Shown: positions 43,021 through 57,100 of the stretch, in pieces | How the letters are laid out: each line of letters starts with the position of its first letter | How positions within the stretch are numbered: the first letter of the stretch is position 1 | From: Cyanophora paradoxa CCMP329 | Taxonomy: Eukaryota; Plantae; Glaucophyta | Direction of reading: 5' to 3' | Length of the DNA stretch: 64,000 bases | Assembly (NCBI GenBank): GCA_004431415.1 | Contig: QPMI01000502.1 | Coordinates: 1-64,000, forward strand | The notes under the pieces: generated by a model | Databases searched by the model: none | The model's input: the letters and a program-made list of their open reading frames with translations, nothing else | Told to the model about the DNA's origin: nothing | Program-made: the position numbers and the translations under genes

Positions 43021-46000
43021 TCAGACCCAGCACATTCCGAAGAGCCTGCGTCGGGAGCCGGCTCTGTCTCGACGGCTTCCCAGACCGCCTTCCCAGTCCA
43101 GAACGCGGGCCAAAATGACGAGGCCGTCGTCAGTCTTTAACAGGTCACTGGGGTCGCGCCAGACACCGCCGAGGTCCTCCATGTACAGGAGCGCCCAGAA
43201 GAGCGCATGCACGTGGAGGCTCCCGCGTGCCTGACAGAAGGGTGAGAATCGACGTTCGGGAGATAGCAAATTATTCTTTTCGCTGCACCTGGCACTCGTA
43301 CCGCCAGAAGAAGTCCTTGATCTTCCCTATGGGAGCCGAGGGATGGTTCAGAATTTCCTTCAGAAACGTTTGCCAACGCCGCGTAAACAGCTCCATCGCG
43401 AGGACGGGGTTTTCAGCAACGATCTTGTTCATCTGGATGCGAGAGAGGCGTCGCGCCTCATCAGCCGTGCGGACGACCTTGGCTGCAATGGCGAGCTCGA
43501 CCCAGACGGTGTCCGCGGCCGACACTGTGAAGAACCACGTAGGCACTTTGACCTGCGACGCTTTCGTCAGCACAGCGGGTGCAGGTGACGAAAACGTCGA
43601 AACGCGTGGACCTCGGACAACGCCGGGGAAGCAATCATTGCGAGGATGTTTGCGCGGACCTTCTTCCAGAAAGCCGCTGTATCTTTGAGGCTTTGCGTCG
43701 GCGGCCATCAGGACGGCACCCAGAATTTTTTGCAACAAAAAAGGGCACCGGTCGAAGAACGGAAACGTACGTAGGAGGAGACGCTTGGCTTGCTCCGTAT
43801 TCGCACCGCTAGCAATGCTGCTGAGCTCTGAAGTGCTAGGAAGCCTCCCGCGATCGGTCTTTTCCATCCGGAACCCGATTCGGCCCGCCTTCCGCCTCTG
43901 CAGGATCTTCAGTGCGAGCAATCATCGTTTTTTCGCATCGAATTTTGTACCTGTGTGAGGTTGAGCGTGTAGAACATGAACGTGAAGCACCGCGCGAATC
44001 GCTGGTCATGAAAATACATACAGTGTTCCAACCACTTGTCAAATGTCAGCACGTCGGCGCTGCGCTTGTCTTCAACTCCATACAGAGAGGAAAAAGGGCG
44101 GTTTTCGAAAGCGCAGCGCCCATACGGAAAGAGCCACGGGCACATCAGCCCGAATAAATTCGGGTGTTCAAACTCGTTGACAGGAGCCGTGTTCCGGGGA
44201 ACAGTAACAGTCTACGCGCGCCGCAAACAGCATTAACGTCGACGTCGCGAAAGCAGAGTCTGCATCTGCAACAGAAAGCAAGCACCTGAAGGCTCCTGTT
44301 GATCATTCGCTTGACTGCTTCATTGGCGGTTTCTGGATGCCCATCGCAGATGACGCCAACGTGCTCTGTCGACATGGTGTGTAACACGTCGTCTCCAAGC
44401 TCTCCGTCGGCATCTTCAGGGTCCTCGTCGAGCGGCAAATGCCGCGCAGACTCAATTATTTCGGAGGAATTGACAGGCCCATCTGCTGTATGCACGACAT
44501 CGCCTGCCTGCGGGACAACCATGACGTTCCGATTGTATGTGGCCAAATTCTCCTCGCTGATCTCGATGTTTTTATACAGAATATTGTTCTGCGAAGCGGG
44601 CACATGGTGTCATCCGCTGTTGCAAACGGCTGAAAGAGAATATTACAATCGGCCGCAAACCTTTTTCAGCCAGAAGAGAGCTCGTCGAATGAGCCAGGGC
44701 CGCACTTTCAGAGTCACGGTGACGGGCGCACCCTCAGTTTGAATGTAAACAGTTTCGGACTGCCCGGCCGTGCGTGGGAGGACGAGGACGAGTTCGTTGA
44801 TCTTGTTGAAGAATGAGATGCAGTTGCCACGAGTAAAGCGCTGGCCCGAAGGGTGGTGTGTACGGACGCGAGTCTCGCCGCTGACAATCGCAATCAGCTT
44901 TCGTTCCGCCTCGTTCAGGCAGCTCAGCTCCTCGGGAATATATCCGAAGTCCCACAACGCCACTGCGGTTCGCGGCATGTCGCCCGATTTGAGGGGGGGG
45001 ATGCAGCGCTGGCAAAGACGAAAATGCGGAATATTGGATTTGCAGGCAACCTTGCAGCTGCACATCTTGCCAGGGCACGACTCGACGAAGGTGCCCGAGT
45101 CGCCTTCGACTTCGAGTACGGCTAGCATTTGCTGCAGGCCCGGCCGGCTTTCCGTGCCGGTTACGCGCTCAAAGGCCGGCGGCAGCAGAAGAGAGCCCTC
45201 GCGTTTTTCAACGCCCAGCTTTTTCTGCCATGGTGGGGGCGCCTCGATATCCTCCCTGCACCCAGATAAGTGCTGCGCAGTGCAAATGTAGAACACGTTC
45301 GGAGTGCTCACTTGTACACCCAGAGGGGAGTAAAGATCTCGAGCGAGGCGGGGAAGAAGGGGCACTTGGGGAAGTCTGCGGCAGGCCGATACTCCGCGCA
45401 GCAGGCGCACGTCCAAAACGTGCTGTTTCGCGGCCATGTCTTCATCCACGTCGTAGTAAGAGCTGGCAGTGCGTCCCAAGGAGCGATATCTGACCGGCGA
45501 TATCGATGATTCAGCCAGTGAATCGGGTGTGCACATGTGGTTGAAAATAGAATCCACCTGGAGGGTGCTTCTTCTCTTTGTGCTTCCGCAAAGAGGATGC
45601 AGAAGCGCCGCTCCAGCCGCAGCCCTCATGATCGCAGCAATGCGTGGCCCGTCTGGCCGTTCGTTTCCGGCGGCCTGACGCCGGGTCGGCTTCTTCCTCG
45701 GACGAGCTGCTGCTGCACTCTGACTCGACAACGTCCTCTGCAGCCTCTGCATTGCGGACAAAGTGAGTATATCGAGCTAGCTCAGCCCCACATCACATGT
45801 TACCTCGAGCGTGTGCAGCCTCGTGCTGGCGAAGGGAAGGAGCCGACGGACAAACAATAGAGCACTGCCTGCACGGGTACTGGCCAACCGTTGCGGATGT
45901 TGGAAGAGACATGTCGGTAGGTACAGTTTGCGGCGAGCACTTCCCATGCTTCACGTGCCGGTCAAACGAGTACTTGCAGTTGAAGAGCCGCTTGCAGGTG

Positions 46001-46026
46001 TTGCACGACATCTTATACGAATGCAC
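43021..46026 (-). mobile_element. Helitron/Helentron-like Rep gene with introns, 3'-truncated (C2H2 fingers, DUF6570-like and Helitron_like_N regions)
   Basis: IPEELSCLNEAERKLIA..GNCISF..LPR..LKVRP..IRRALFWLK; PWLFPYG; DQRFAR..FMFY; PTWFFTVSAAD; NPV..F..R; YECQ|ARGSLHVHALFW (HUH). No motif-3 tyrosines or PIF1 helicase seen. Confidence 0.85.
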
Positions 46027-47781
46027 TGAGGGATAGCATTAAGGACCAGGCGCCAAACAGCGTACCGGTCTCCAACGCGGGCCGGGATGTTGGAAACTGA
46101 GCCGTTCCACTTCTCGGCTCACCGACGGCTCAGTCTCGCGGGATGCGCATTCGGTTTCGCGCTGATCGGGACCATGAGTTCGCGATTCAGAATTCGGAAT
46201 GCAGAACTCGGGGCTTGAGTCAGTGTGATTAAGATCGTTTTTGTCCGAAGACAAAACACGATCAGCTGATCTCCCATTGCAGCGCACGCGTTTCGAGGAG
46301 GGTTCCTGCACAGCGTTTCAGCGATTTGAAGAAGTCTCTTGAGATTCGTTACACACTGCGGACGGCAATGGTGGCAAAGCCTGGAGCAACAAGTCATTCA
46401 CATTAATCGGGATGCATATATGATTCTATCGCTAACCTGATTGATTTGACGGGCCGGCGCTACTCCAATGTTCGTCTCAGGCAGTTCCAACGCTCCAGGC
46501 TCAGCACGCGGCAGTTGAAACGCTGCACGCTGAGCGCACACGTCAATGCGGCGGGAAAATGCATGTCACCCAACAAGAGAGTACCCCCAGAGGAAGAGGC
46601 GACGATAAGCCTGCGGGAGGACTTCTCTGGTCTTCAGCTGCATGCACAGCGACCTGTGTATGCAATTGGAATATAACCTCAGAAAGCTCAACGCCAACTG
46701 AAGACTGTGCACGCACTGCTCCAGGGTTCGCAGCGACGCCGAACGGCGGTTGGGATGTAATCTGGGGAGGACCCTAATCGCGTGCTGACATCAGTATGTT
46801 TTACTGGATTGCAGAGCCGGCAATAGTGCACCTGAGAGTCGAACCGAGAGCCAGGAACCCCGCCTGCGGAGACGTTTGCTTCAAGTTGAGGACGACCCTG
46901 CAAGCCGCTTTATGAGAAACGTTGTGTAAAGACAGCATGCATTCATGCAACCGACGCACTTGCACAGCACAGCGAATGCTAGATGAGTCAGACAGACATT
47001 CCGCTTCAGGTAATGGAGCGCTCTGATCATGAAATTAAAGGGTGAAAAATGTCAGCTATGCGCTACACCGCACTGCACTCCTATACTATGATAGGCCCTG
47101 GCCCATTGCTTAGGACGCCGCACCCGTAATCCGCTTTGATGACTGCGGATGTGCCGGTAGAGATTTAGGCGCCTACAGAAATGATAGCGCTCCGCGGCTG
47201 GGCAAAGAAGACAAAGCCCGCCGTTGCAAGCCCCATGGCCAGTGCTGCAACGCCGTAACTGTATGCTCTCGCCTTCAACGATGCCTTCAGGCAGCTCTGC
47301 ACCAACTTTGCGCCCTCGTCCCATATAAGCTTTAATTTCTGAAGCTCAGTTCACGCCCCGATTCTCCAGCGCGCAATGATCTCGCTTGATCGCTGTTCAG
47401 GCGCTGCAGCTGCACATGCGCCGCTCTTTGTTATTCGCAACTCGAGCGCTCGGTTTGCCGCTAATGCGTTCGCAAGAGCTGGTCAGCTCGCAAGAGCGGC
47501 GGAGGCGGCCAATCGCGGGGCCGAGGCGCCCCCGGCGACACTCGAGGGTGCGGGCCTCCCGGCGCCGAGGGACAACCGCCGGGGCGCCAACGAGGTCGGC
47601 GCAGCGGTGCGGCGGCGAGCAGAGGCTGCAGCCACGTCCCCCGCCGAGCAGCACGCGGCCTTCGATCGCAAGGAAAAGCTACGTGGTACGCTCCACGCCG
47701 GCTCACGGGCTGCGCGTGGCTGCGCGTGCGTCGGTGCTGCGGTGCAAGCTTGATGCAGTGAAAAGTAGTCCAGGCGGCACG

Positions 47782-47965
47782 GGTACCGTGCGGCGTACGC
47801 GGCGCAGTGCGAGGAAGCGGAAATCTAGAGGAGATCGATCAAGACAGCTAGGGAGAAGTGGTTCCATGCATATGCAGAACCGCGCAAGGTACCGTGCGGC
47901 GTACGCGGCGCAGTGCGACGAAGCGGAAATCTAGAGGAGACAGCTAGGGAGAAGTGGTTCCATGC
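47782..47965. repeat. ~100-bp imperfect tandem duplication
   Basis: GGTACCGTGCGGCGTACGCGGCGCAGTGCGA.GAAGCGGAAATCTAGAGGAGA and CAGCTAGGGAGAAGTGGTTCCATGC each occur twice. Confidence 0.85.
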
Positions 47966-48289
47966 CGAACCGCCCAAGGGAGAGCCCGCAGTGAGAGAAA
48001 AGTTGGTTTTCCCCTCGAAAACCACTTTTCGCGAGTTCGAGAGAGCTCTCGCGCTGCAGGCGTCAAGGCGAGAGAAAACTGGTCTTCGCCCTCGAAAACC
48101 CCTTTTTGCATGGACGGCCGCAGCGACAAACACGTGTCGCAACCCAATTTCGACTCATTTTTGTTGCAAACTGGACCTCGAAAACGGCCTCATAGAAAAC
48201 TTTTGGCTGAAGCGAGGGAACGGGAAGCAAGGGGGGGAAGACCTTCGGTCTTCTTTTCCCCCCTTGCAACAACTTGAGCGGGCGCGACT

Positions 48290-49134
48290 TCGCGTATGCA
48301 TCGAAGCGATTCTGGCACAGGAGGCTCCAAGGGCCGACGCAACGGCCGCCGCCGCCGCCGTCGACGCACGCGGCTTCTCCCCTCTTCACGAGGCCGCCGG
48401 TTGCAGGCCGGGGACCTTCACCTGTTCGTCCGCTAGCGCTGCTTGAAACTCTAGATATCTAATAATGTCCCTTCGGCGCGATCATGAATGTTAACTCTTG
48501 AGCACGATCGCCCCAGGGAGACGATCGCCGGCGTGCGACTCGGCGCTGGCGGAGGTCGTGCGGCTCCTCCTGGGTGCCCGGGCTGCCCTGCATGACTGCT
48601 AGGGCGCCGCCCCTTCTCGAGATCAGCGACGCCGCGCAGCGCGCCCCGAGGTCGACGTGAACGCGAGGGACGAGGAGGGGCGCACGCCGCTCTACGCCGC
48701 CGCCTTCTCCGGCGGTGCCGCGACCGTACAGGTGCGCCGGGGCCTGCAGCAGGCCGGTGGCGAGATTGACCTCGGCAGGCGATTCTCGCCGCCAATCTTC
48801 ACCGTGGCTCCTCGCAGGCGCTCCTCGCGGCGCCGGGCGTCGACGTGAACGCGGGCCGCCGCGGCGCGACGCCCCTCTACGGCGCCTGCATGCTCCACAA
48901 CGTCGATGCCGTCCGCGGGCAAGCAGCGGCCGGGCGCCGTTTTCAGATCTCGACTCTCCGTGCTTCCTGAGCGTGCGCAGGCTGCTCGAGGCTGGAGCGG
49001 ACCCATCAGCGCGGCCCCCGGGGCACCCTTCGCCCGTCATGCGCCTCCTGAAGGAGGTCAGCAGATCGAGAGTAGTAGATATTGTTTCGATCTTCTACGA
49101 GCAATTCATAGCTTTCTCTTGCAATTGCAACTGA
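48290..49134 (+). CDS. Ankyrin-repeat gene (multi-exon, boundaries approximate)
   Basis: DARGFSPLHEAA, NARDEEGRTPLYAAA, TPLYGAC..VR|LLEAGADP. Confidence 0.7.
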
Positions 49135-49677
49135 CTGCAAGCAGATGTCGACAACGAAGAGTCCGGATCCGAACGCAGAAGTCGACGCTGGTTATCGGAT
49201 CACTCACAACACTCTCCAAATGCAACCGGAAGCGCTAGTTCTTTCTGCTTCCGAGCGGGTCCGCGCGCAATTAGAAGCTGCATTGACAGCCTGCCTCGTC
49301 GCGATCGAATATAATCGATATACAATTTCAATCGTACATATAGAAATTGACTTCTATAGCTAGATCTAAATTTAACGTCGACGTCGCAACTGCATGTGAT
49401 TGCGAATAAAAGGCAATCCGAATTTCGAGTAAAACAAAACCCCCGACCGCGAGTCCCGTGCAGAAGGACATGCGCGAGTTATTCAAGTCGAAGGGCGCCC
49501 TCGTTGAGCGCCTGGGTGCGTTGCGCATGCCCGCTTGAGATCCCTCCCGATCCCTTTCCGGCCAAGTTTAAATGTTTCTCCAGACATCGACGGCAAATCC
49601 GCCCTCCACTACGCCGTTTCCCGCAAGGCGAAGTGCGTTTCCAGTGGTTTTATATATAATTACGTATAATCATATAA

Positions 49678-51750
49678 ATGCGAACCATCGCTGATGATCG
49701 GGGCCCCGGTCCAGCCCGCACGCCGCCCTGGCGGAGGAAGAGGACAAGGAGGCGGCTCTCGCCGTCCGCGACTCAACGGGCGCGCCAAATTTTAAAGCCC
49801 TCGCAGTGTCCACACGCCCTTCGGATTTTGCAATGCGATAATCGCAGTCGCCGCCTGTCGGCTCGCAGGACTCACGCCGCTGATGGCGGCGTGCGAGGCG
49901 GGGAACTTCGAGGCGGCGAGGGCATTCAAGAGGGGCTCGGACCTGCTGGCCGCCGTGCGGCCTCCCTTCTCGGCCCGCCGTTCCCGCCCGCCAGGATCAC
50001 ATGCTTTCGAATTCATTTCAGGACGTGGACGGCAACACGGCGCTGCACCTCGCCCTCGGGAACGGGAGCGTGGGGAGCAAGAATGACCGCTTCCACATTG
50101 TCTCCGAGCTCATTTGCGCGTGCAGCGAAGCCCAGGCACGCGTGACTTCTACCCGATCTTGATCCGCCATCAACTCACGCTCTAAACGTCTGAAGAATCT
50201 GGCCTTGGCGACGAATCTGGAAGGCCGCACGCCTCTCCATATCCTCGCCGCCGCATCGTGCGCCATTGCGATCATTTAATTTTGATTACAAATTCAAAAG
50301 CACCCCCTAATTATAACGCGCCCCACGCCTCCGAATCCACGGGCAGCTGGCTGGAGACGCGGGCGCACGGGTACACCGCAAACTGGCTGACGCGCCATTC
50401 GGACCTGACCGCGCGCGACCTTCTCGGCCGCACGCCGGTGCCCCGGCCCCTTCTATTGTCCAGGGATTTGGACCCGTACTCGCGCATTTTTGCCCTGCTT
50501 TTATTTCTGCCTGCTTTGCGTGCACGCGCAGCTGCATGCCCTGGCCCGCGTCTCTGGGAAGCGGCTGCCGTCCCATCTCTCGCGCCGCGCGGGGAGCGCA
50601 GTGCCCATCGTTCTGGAGTCGATGCTCAGGCACCCTCAGGTCCGCACACGCGGCGATCCGCCATCGCGATCGCAAGCTCGTGTGATCCCCTAGGCCTCTG
50701 TGATCATGAAGTCCGCTCCCCGCCAGGCCGCCGAGGCGCTGTTGATGGCGGACCTTGAAGGGAACACGCCGCTGCACTACGCAGCGCGCGGAGGCGACGC
50801 CGAGGCGAGCACTCGCCGCCCCCGCAGGGCGCAGGGACTTCGATTTCCGCGCACTCAAAGGCCGCAGACCGTGGCGGCGATTCTGCGACGGGGGGCGCTG
50901 GGGGCCACGGAGCGGGATCGAGAGGGCCGCGTGGCCGTGGAGGTCGCCACGCCTGCCGTCCGCGCCCTCGTCGAGCGTGCGCGAGGGCCGGCCGCAGGCT
51001 CCTCCGTGGACGCCCCTCCGTCTGCAGCTGATTATGGGCGGCGCCCGGCCCACAGGTTACCTGGCGACTGGGCGCCTTGACGTCGATCGCGGCGCGGACG
51101 AGCTCGAAGGCGGGCAGGGCGAGAAGCGGGCCGGGCCTTCGGATTCCGCGGATGCAGAGTCCGGGTCGGGGGATCAGGAGGGGACGGCTGACGGAAGCGA
51201 GGCCGAGGAGGAGTCTCCGGCGGCCGCGGCCCCTGCAAAGCGGCTGAAGGCGTTGTCCGCTGCGGTTCGGCCAGCTGCAGATTCGTTCATCGCGGGCGGC
51301 CCCTGCCGCGTTCTGACGCGCCGACAGAAGAAGAGGCGGCGGGCGGCCCCGGGCGAGTCGGACGTCTCGGATTTCGACGAGGGCGGGGCGGGCAGCGGCG
51401 GTTCGAGCTCCTCGCCGGCGCCGCGGCGGGCCTCGCAGCGCCCCTCGAAGGCGCGCGGGATGAGCTTCGCGGAGGCCGAGGACGAGCCCGATCGCGGGCC
51501 GGAAGAGGAGGAGGAGGGGGAGGAGGAGGCGGAGAGAGCGGCGGGGGGCGGGGCCCCGCTGGCGAAGAGGGGCCGCACCGCCCACGACCGCGAGGCGGCC
51601 GCCGGGGCTCCCAGCTCCAGCGAGGACGGGGCGGACCCGGAGACGGGGGCGGAGGAGGAGGCCGCTCCGCGAGGCCGGCGCCAGGGCCGGTCGCGCGGCC
51701 GCGGCCGATCGCAGGGCCGCGCCCGGGGCCGGGGCAAGAGCCGGAAGTGA
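49678..51750 (+). CDS. Ankyrin-repeat gene with acidic/basic low-complexity tail (multi-exon, approximate)
   Basis: TPLMAACEAG, DGNTALHLA, EGRTPLHILA, LGRTP|LHALA, DLEGNTPLHYAARGG, DREGRVAVEVA. Confidence 0.7.
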
Positions 51751-51788
51751 TGGCGCTGCAGCTCTGGAAGTGACGTCGATGACGGCTT

Positions 51789-53706
51789 GATCATGGAGCT
51801 CGAGACTCTGCGTAGCTCTGTAGCACTGCGGCATTCGAGCTCATGTTTCGCACTACTGCTCCAAACCGACAGAATTCGCGAATCCAAACCGATTCAAACG
51901 AGTTTCGCATTCTCGCGAAATCCGCTGTTTTACCCGAACACCATTAAAGTAGATGGGCATGCGCGCTGCGCCGAGGCATCGCAGTTAGCTTTTTTTTTGC
52001 AAAAGCCCAACCGGGCAATGGTCGTATTAAGGACAACAACCGCCGCCCCGTCGCTGTCATCGACTGGGGGGGCGCCTAGGCTAGCTCTGAGGCTCTGCGG
52101 CATAGAAGGAAGACGTCTTGCTATTCTATCCTAGCTATCCGCGGTCGAGCTGGGGCGTGAGGAAGTCGTGGATCGGGGTTGTCCTTGACCCTGAGGGGGG
52201 GGAGGGGGGGGAGGGGGGGGGCACTTTCTGCCAGGTTGGGCTGGGGGGGAGGGTAGTAGCCGAGTAAAGGAAAGAGGAAAAAGGGGGAAAGGGGTCTCGG
52301 AGGAGATAGAGCTAGCTGCCACGGCCCGAGCGCCGCCGCCAACTGCCTAGTTTCAGCACTGAGGCCGGCTGCCTAGTTCCGCACTAGACTCAGCGTCCGG
52401 AGGGAGCCGGGACTCTACGCCGCCGCCGCGTCGTCCTCTATGGACGCCACGATCGCCTGGAGCGAGGGGTGGCGGGCGAGGGCCGAGGGGTCGCGCTGGA
52501 GGAGCGCGAGGAGCCGGGCCGCCGCGCCGGCGTTCGCCGAGGCGTTCGCCGCGGCGGGGGCAGGGGCGGGGCGGGGGCGGGGCGGGGGCGGGGCGGCGCC
52601 GTCCGCCGCGGCCTCCTCGGCCTTGCGCTTGCGGGAGCGGGCGGCCGCGGCGGCGACCTCCTTGAGGGCCTCCTCGATGGGGACGCCGCGGAGGACGGCG
52701 GAGACGGCGTTGAGGTGGCGGGCGTGGGCGGTGGTGCCCGCGCGGCGGGAGACGCGGCCGCCGATGCCGTCCGGGTAGTAGACCCGGTGGATGTGGGCGA
52801 GCTCGTCGGAGCCCGCCGCCGCCCGCAGCGCGATCTCGTCGGCGTAGATGACGTCGGGGCCGACCACCATCTCGCGGCCGATGATGGCGATGTTCGGGAG
52901 GAAGGGGACGGCGCCGGGGCGGGGCGGGATGATGATGTGGCGGACGTTGCCGTTCTCGACTGTCGGGTCCAGGTGGAGCGCCTGGATTGCGAGCAGGGTG
53001 GGGGTCAGCGGGGTGCGTCGGGGCGGGCGATGGCAGTCTACGCATGGGGGGGGCAGAGGCGGGGGGGTACGCGGTGTTCGGGGAGCCGGGGTCGCTCACC
53101 GCGCATCGAGAGATGCGCCGACGTACCCACGTTTAGAAACGTGTGCCGCGGCGGGTCGAGAGACCGGCCTTGCGGTCGGGGCCGAAGAAAAGGGGGCGGA
53201 GGTCATGCCAGTCGGGAGCGCTGACAAGTGCCTGCGTGCCGCGAGGGAGGGGTGCGACTGGGGGGGGAGGGGCGGGCGGGGCTCAGCGCATCGCAGTTAG
53301 CTATATATATAGAAAAGGATTTGCAACTTCGCAAATCGCAAATGCAACTGAACATAAATTCTAAAAACATCATAACGCACGGTTCAACTTGCAAGGCCTT
53401 TAAAAAGTGCAGAAACGCTGTGTGTACGGCGCTTCTGGTTTTTGGCGCTCCGGATCCTGTTTGCATTGCAATTGCCAAGTTGCGGCGAACGTTAACGGAT
53501 TGGATTCGCCCGATCATGAAAGAAGCGATCTTGCCCGATCATGGAGACTTCGCGTAGCTCTGTAGCATTCGAGCTCATTGATATCAATCCAAACCGACTG
53601 AATTCGCGATTGCAAGTTCCGCGCCTCTGCAAAAAACGAGTTAACGTTTTGCATTTTCGCGAAATCCGCAGTTTTACCCGAATACAATTAATTTAGACGC
53701 GCATGC
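51789..53706. repeat. Diverged ~170-bp direct repeats (51789-51965 and 53537-53706)
   Basis: Shared GATCATGGAG, CGTAGCTCTGTAGCA, CCAAACCGAC.GAATTCGCGA and TCGCGAAATCCGC.GTTTTACCCGAA. Confidence 0.75.
52415..53045 (-). CDS. Hypothetical host-like protein (spliced)
   Basis: GC3-rich coding-like exons (NGNVRHIII, PFLPNIAIIGREMVVGPDVIY). Confidence 0.4.
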
Positions 53707-54132
53707 CCTGCACATTAATTTTTGCGCGCTGAGTCACAGATAGAAAAGGAGTTGCAACTTCGCAAATCATGATCATGATCATATTCGCAAATTAAATGTA
53801 TTTGAAGATCAAATTTTAAAAACACCATAAGAGTACGCTTCAAGGCTTCAAGGCCTTTCGAAAGCGTGACAACGCTGTGTACATGTCTAAGGTGCTTTAT
53901 GCGCAGCTCAACCCCCCTTGCAATTCGTGGCACCGCAAGCGAACTGACTGGATTCGAGTTCACAAGTTTCACATCTGCATCACCGTGGCACCTTACATAA
54001 TCACAATCAACACAATTCGCTTCTTTCATTTCATGCCGTCATGATCACTTCACACATTCTCATGATCACAATATATTGAACTTCGGAAAGTGGCGATGAA
54101 AGACTCTTTTTCCGGACGATGACCGGAGAAGC

Positions 54133-57100
54133 TTAGGAGGAGAGCCCCATTTGCGCCATGAAGGCGGCGATCTGCGGGTCGCGCCCCGCCGCGCCCTGGA
54201 CCAGCCGCTCCGCCTCCGCCTCCGCCTCCCGCAGGCTCGCCCGCTCGTACAGCGGCACCAGGAAGCTGCGCGCGCGGGCGGCCGCGGTCAGCGCCCGCTC
54301 GCGGCGGAGGGAGAAGAGGAGGCGCGCCTGGGGCGGAGGGGCACGCCGGCGACGGAGACGGCGCTGGCGGCGGGGTCGAGCAGGCGCGCGTTGGCCGCCA
54401 GCGTGCGCCGGAAGAGGGCCAGCTCCTCCTCCGTCACCTGCCGGCCGCCGGCGTTCACAATCAGAGGGGCGGCGGCGGGCCGGGGCGCAGCCAGGGCGCA
54501 CGGCGATGCTGTGGAGGCCGCCGAAGCGGCCCGTCTTCGGGTCCGTCGTCGCCTCCCGCGCCAGCGCGCCGATCTGCGCAGAGGCTTGAGCCCGCGGCCC
54601 GGGGGCGGGGGCGAGGCTCGGGGGCGGGCCTGGGGCGGGGAGAGGTGCTGCTCGGCCGAGTCGGCGAATCCGACGTGGAGGAGGGGCACGCCGGCCGGAG
54701 TGCGCAGCAGGGCCCGGATGTAGAGGACGACGTCGTTGCGGGCGCCCGGCAGCTGCAGGCCGTGGTGCCGCCGCCCCTCCTGCCCGGCCGAGCGCGTGAG
54801 CGCGAGGGGACGCGGATCCCCGAGACGCAGATGCGGAGGGGCGCGCCGTGGCGAACTTGAGGAAGAGGATCTGGAGGGACTCCTTCAGGTCCGCCACCGC
54901 CTCCCCCGTCGACGCCCCGTGCTCCCCCGCCGCCAGCCGCGCCCCGCGCCGCAGCGTCCCCTCCACCCCGTGCATCCCGCTCATGTGCCACCCGAGGTCC
55001 TGCCCCGCGGCGGACGCGTCGGACGAAGGGGGTGCCGCCGCAGGGGCGGGGCGCGCGCGCACGGAGAGGCCCTCGCCGCGCGGGTCGCCCCACTCGGGCA
55101 GGGCGGAGAGGTCCAGACGCTCGGGGTCCGCCGCCGGCACCTGCCCGCCCCGGCGGCCCTCAGCGACGGCGTGGCACGAGCGGCGAGCAGGCGGGGAAGC
55201 GCAGGGAGCGCCTTCTTGAACGAGAAGACGTGCGAGGGGGCCGCGGCTCCCGCGCCGGGGGGCTTGCAGCGGGCCTTGTGCCCGCGGCCCCAGTCCTCCC
55301 GCTGGCACTTCGCGCCGCAGTACCACGCGCCCTTGCACCTGGAGCCGAGGGCGTCGGCGCGAGAGCACATGCAGAGGCGGGCTGCAGGGCGGCGGGGGCA
55401 CCGGGAGCAGCAGCTGAGGCCGGCGGCGCGGCCGCAGGCGTCGCAGCGCGCGCCGGCCGGGCGCCCCTCCAGGGCGACCGGGTGGGCGAAGACGACGCGC
55501 GCCCCGGCCCCGCCTGCCCGGCCCCCGACCGTCAGGAAGGCGGGCGCGAGATCGAGTCTCCGCCTTCGAGCACCGGGGGGCGAGAAGACGGCCTCGTGGG
55601 CGGACTCGAGGCGGGCGCCGGCGGGGCCGGAGAGGCGGACGACGTACCCCTCGCCGGTCTCCTCCACCTCCGCCACGCCGGGCGGGAGCGGCGAGGCGGC
55701 GAGCGGGGGGCGGGGGCCTGGCGGCGGGCGGGCCGGCAGGCGGCGGAGGAGGGGGTAGGAGAGGGGGAGGGGCAGGAGGGGGAGGCCGCTCTCGCCGCTG
55801 GCGACGGTGACCTCGGTGCCCGGGCGGCGGGCGCGGGCGTCGAGGTCGGCGGGGACGTGGAGGCCCAGCGCCCCGCCCCACGCGTCGGCCTCGAGCAGGT
55901 CGAAGCACTCCGTCGCGACGCCCGGCGGCGGCCGCCCGGAGGCCATCGCCGCCAGCGCCGCCGCCGGCGAGAGCGCGCCGGCGCCGGTGGTCACGAGGAG
56001 CCGCACGGTGGGGCACGGCGCGTTGAAGGCGGCGGGCCGGAGGGCGAGAAGGGCGGGAGGCCCTCGGCCCGCACGTACACGAGCTCGGCCCCCGCCCCGC
56101 CCGCCGCCTCGCCGCCGATATCGACGCCGGCGAGGGCGCGGGCGGCGCGCCACTGGGCGGCGAGCGAGGAGCGGATGGGGCCGGAGCCGCCCTCGGCGCG
56201 CGCCGCGACGAGGGGGTCGGCGAGGCGGAGGGCGGCGGGGCCGTCCGCGGCGCGGCCGGCGAGGTCGCGTGCCGCCACCGCGAGGAGGTACGCCGTGGCG
56301 TGCGTCGGGGCGCAGGGCCCCCCGCCTTGCCCGAGCCCTGCGCGGCGGCGGGGCGTGAGCGCGCGGGCGGGAGGAGTGAGGCTCCGGGGCGGGCGCACGA
56401 GGAAGAGCGGCGCGGGGAGGATGGATCGGTCGGCGAGGGCGGCGAGGGCGGCGTGCAGGGCGCCGCCCTCGCGGAGGGCGAGGCGCGTGGGGGCCGCCGC
56501 GCGGCCCGCGCCCGTGGCGGGCGCCTTCCAGCGGAGGGAGACCTCGAGGGCGGTGTTGCTGAAGTGCATGCGGCCGCGGGGCGGCGGCGGCGCGAGGAGC
56601 CGCAGCGCCTCGAGGTCCGTGGCGAGGCGGAGGCCGAGGAGCGTGGGCGCCAGCTCCGGGCCGAAGCCGAGCTCCGCCCGGATGTACGCCCCCGGGTCCG
56701 AGTGCTCCCCGATCCACTTCATCGTCGTCGTCGCGAGCGCGGCGTGCGGCCCCTCCCGCAGGCGCCACCCGCACGCCGTGAGCACCGGCCAGAGGCCTGC
56801 GCCGATGCTCAGTTCTGGAGAAATGAGGGGGGCTCCGTAACGCGGCCTTACCCTCGTTGTCGGCGAGGTTTGAGCCGTCGATGAAGTCGAAGCGCTCGCC
56901 CGCCGGCAGCGCCCCCGCCCCGCCCCCGCTCGCCCCCTCCCAGCAGAGCTGGAGCCCGTCCGCGGGGTAGAAGCTGGCGGAGACGCGGCCGGAGGCGACG
57001 GAGGCGGAGAAGAGGGCGGCGAGGGCGGCGAGGCGGCGGGCGGCGGCGCGGCAGAGGGCGCGGGGGGGCGGCTCGGCGAGGGAGTCGGCGGGGGCGCCGG

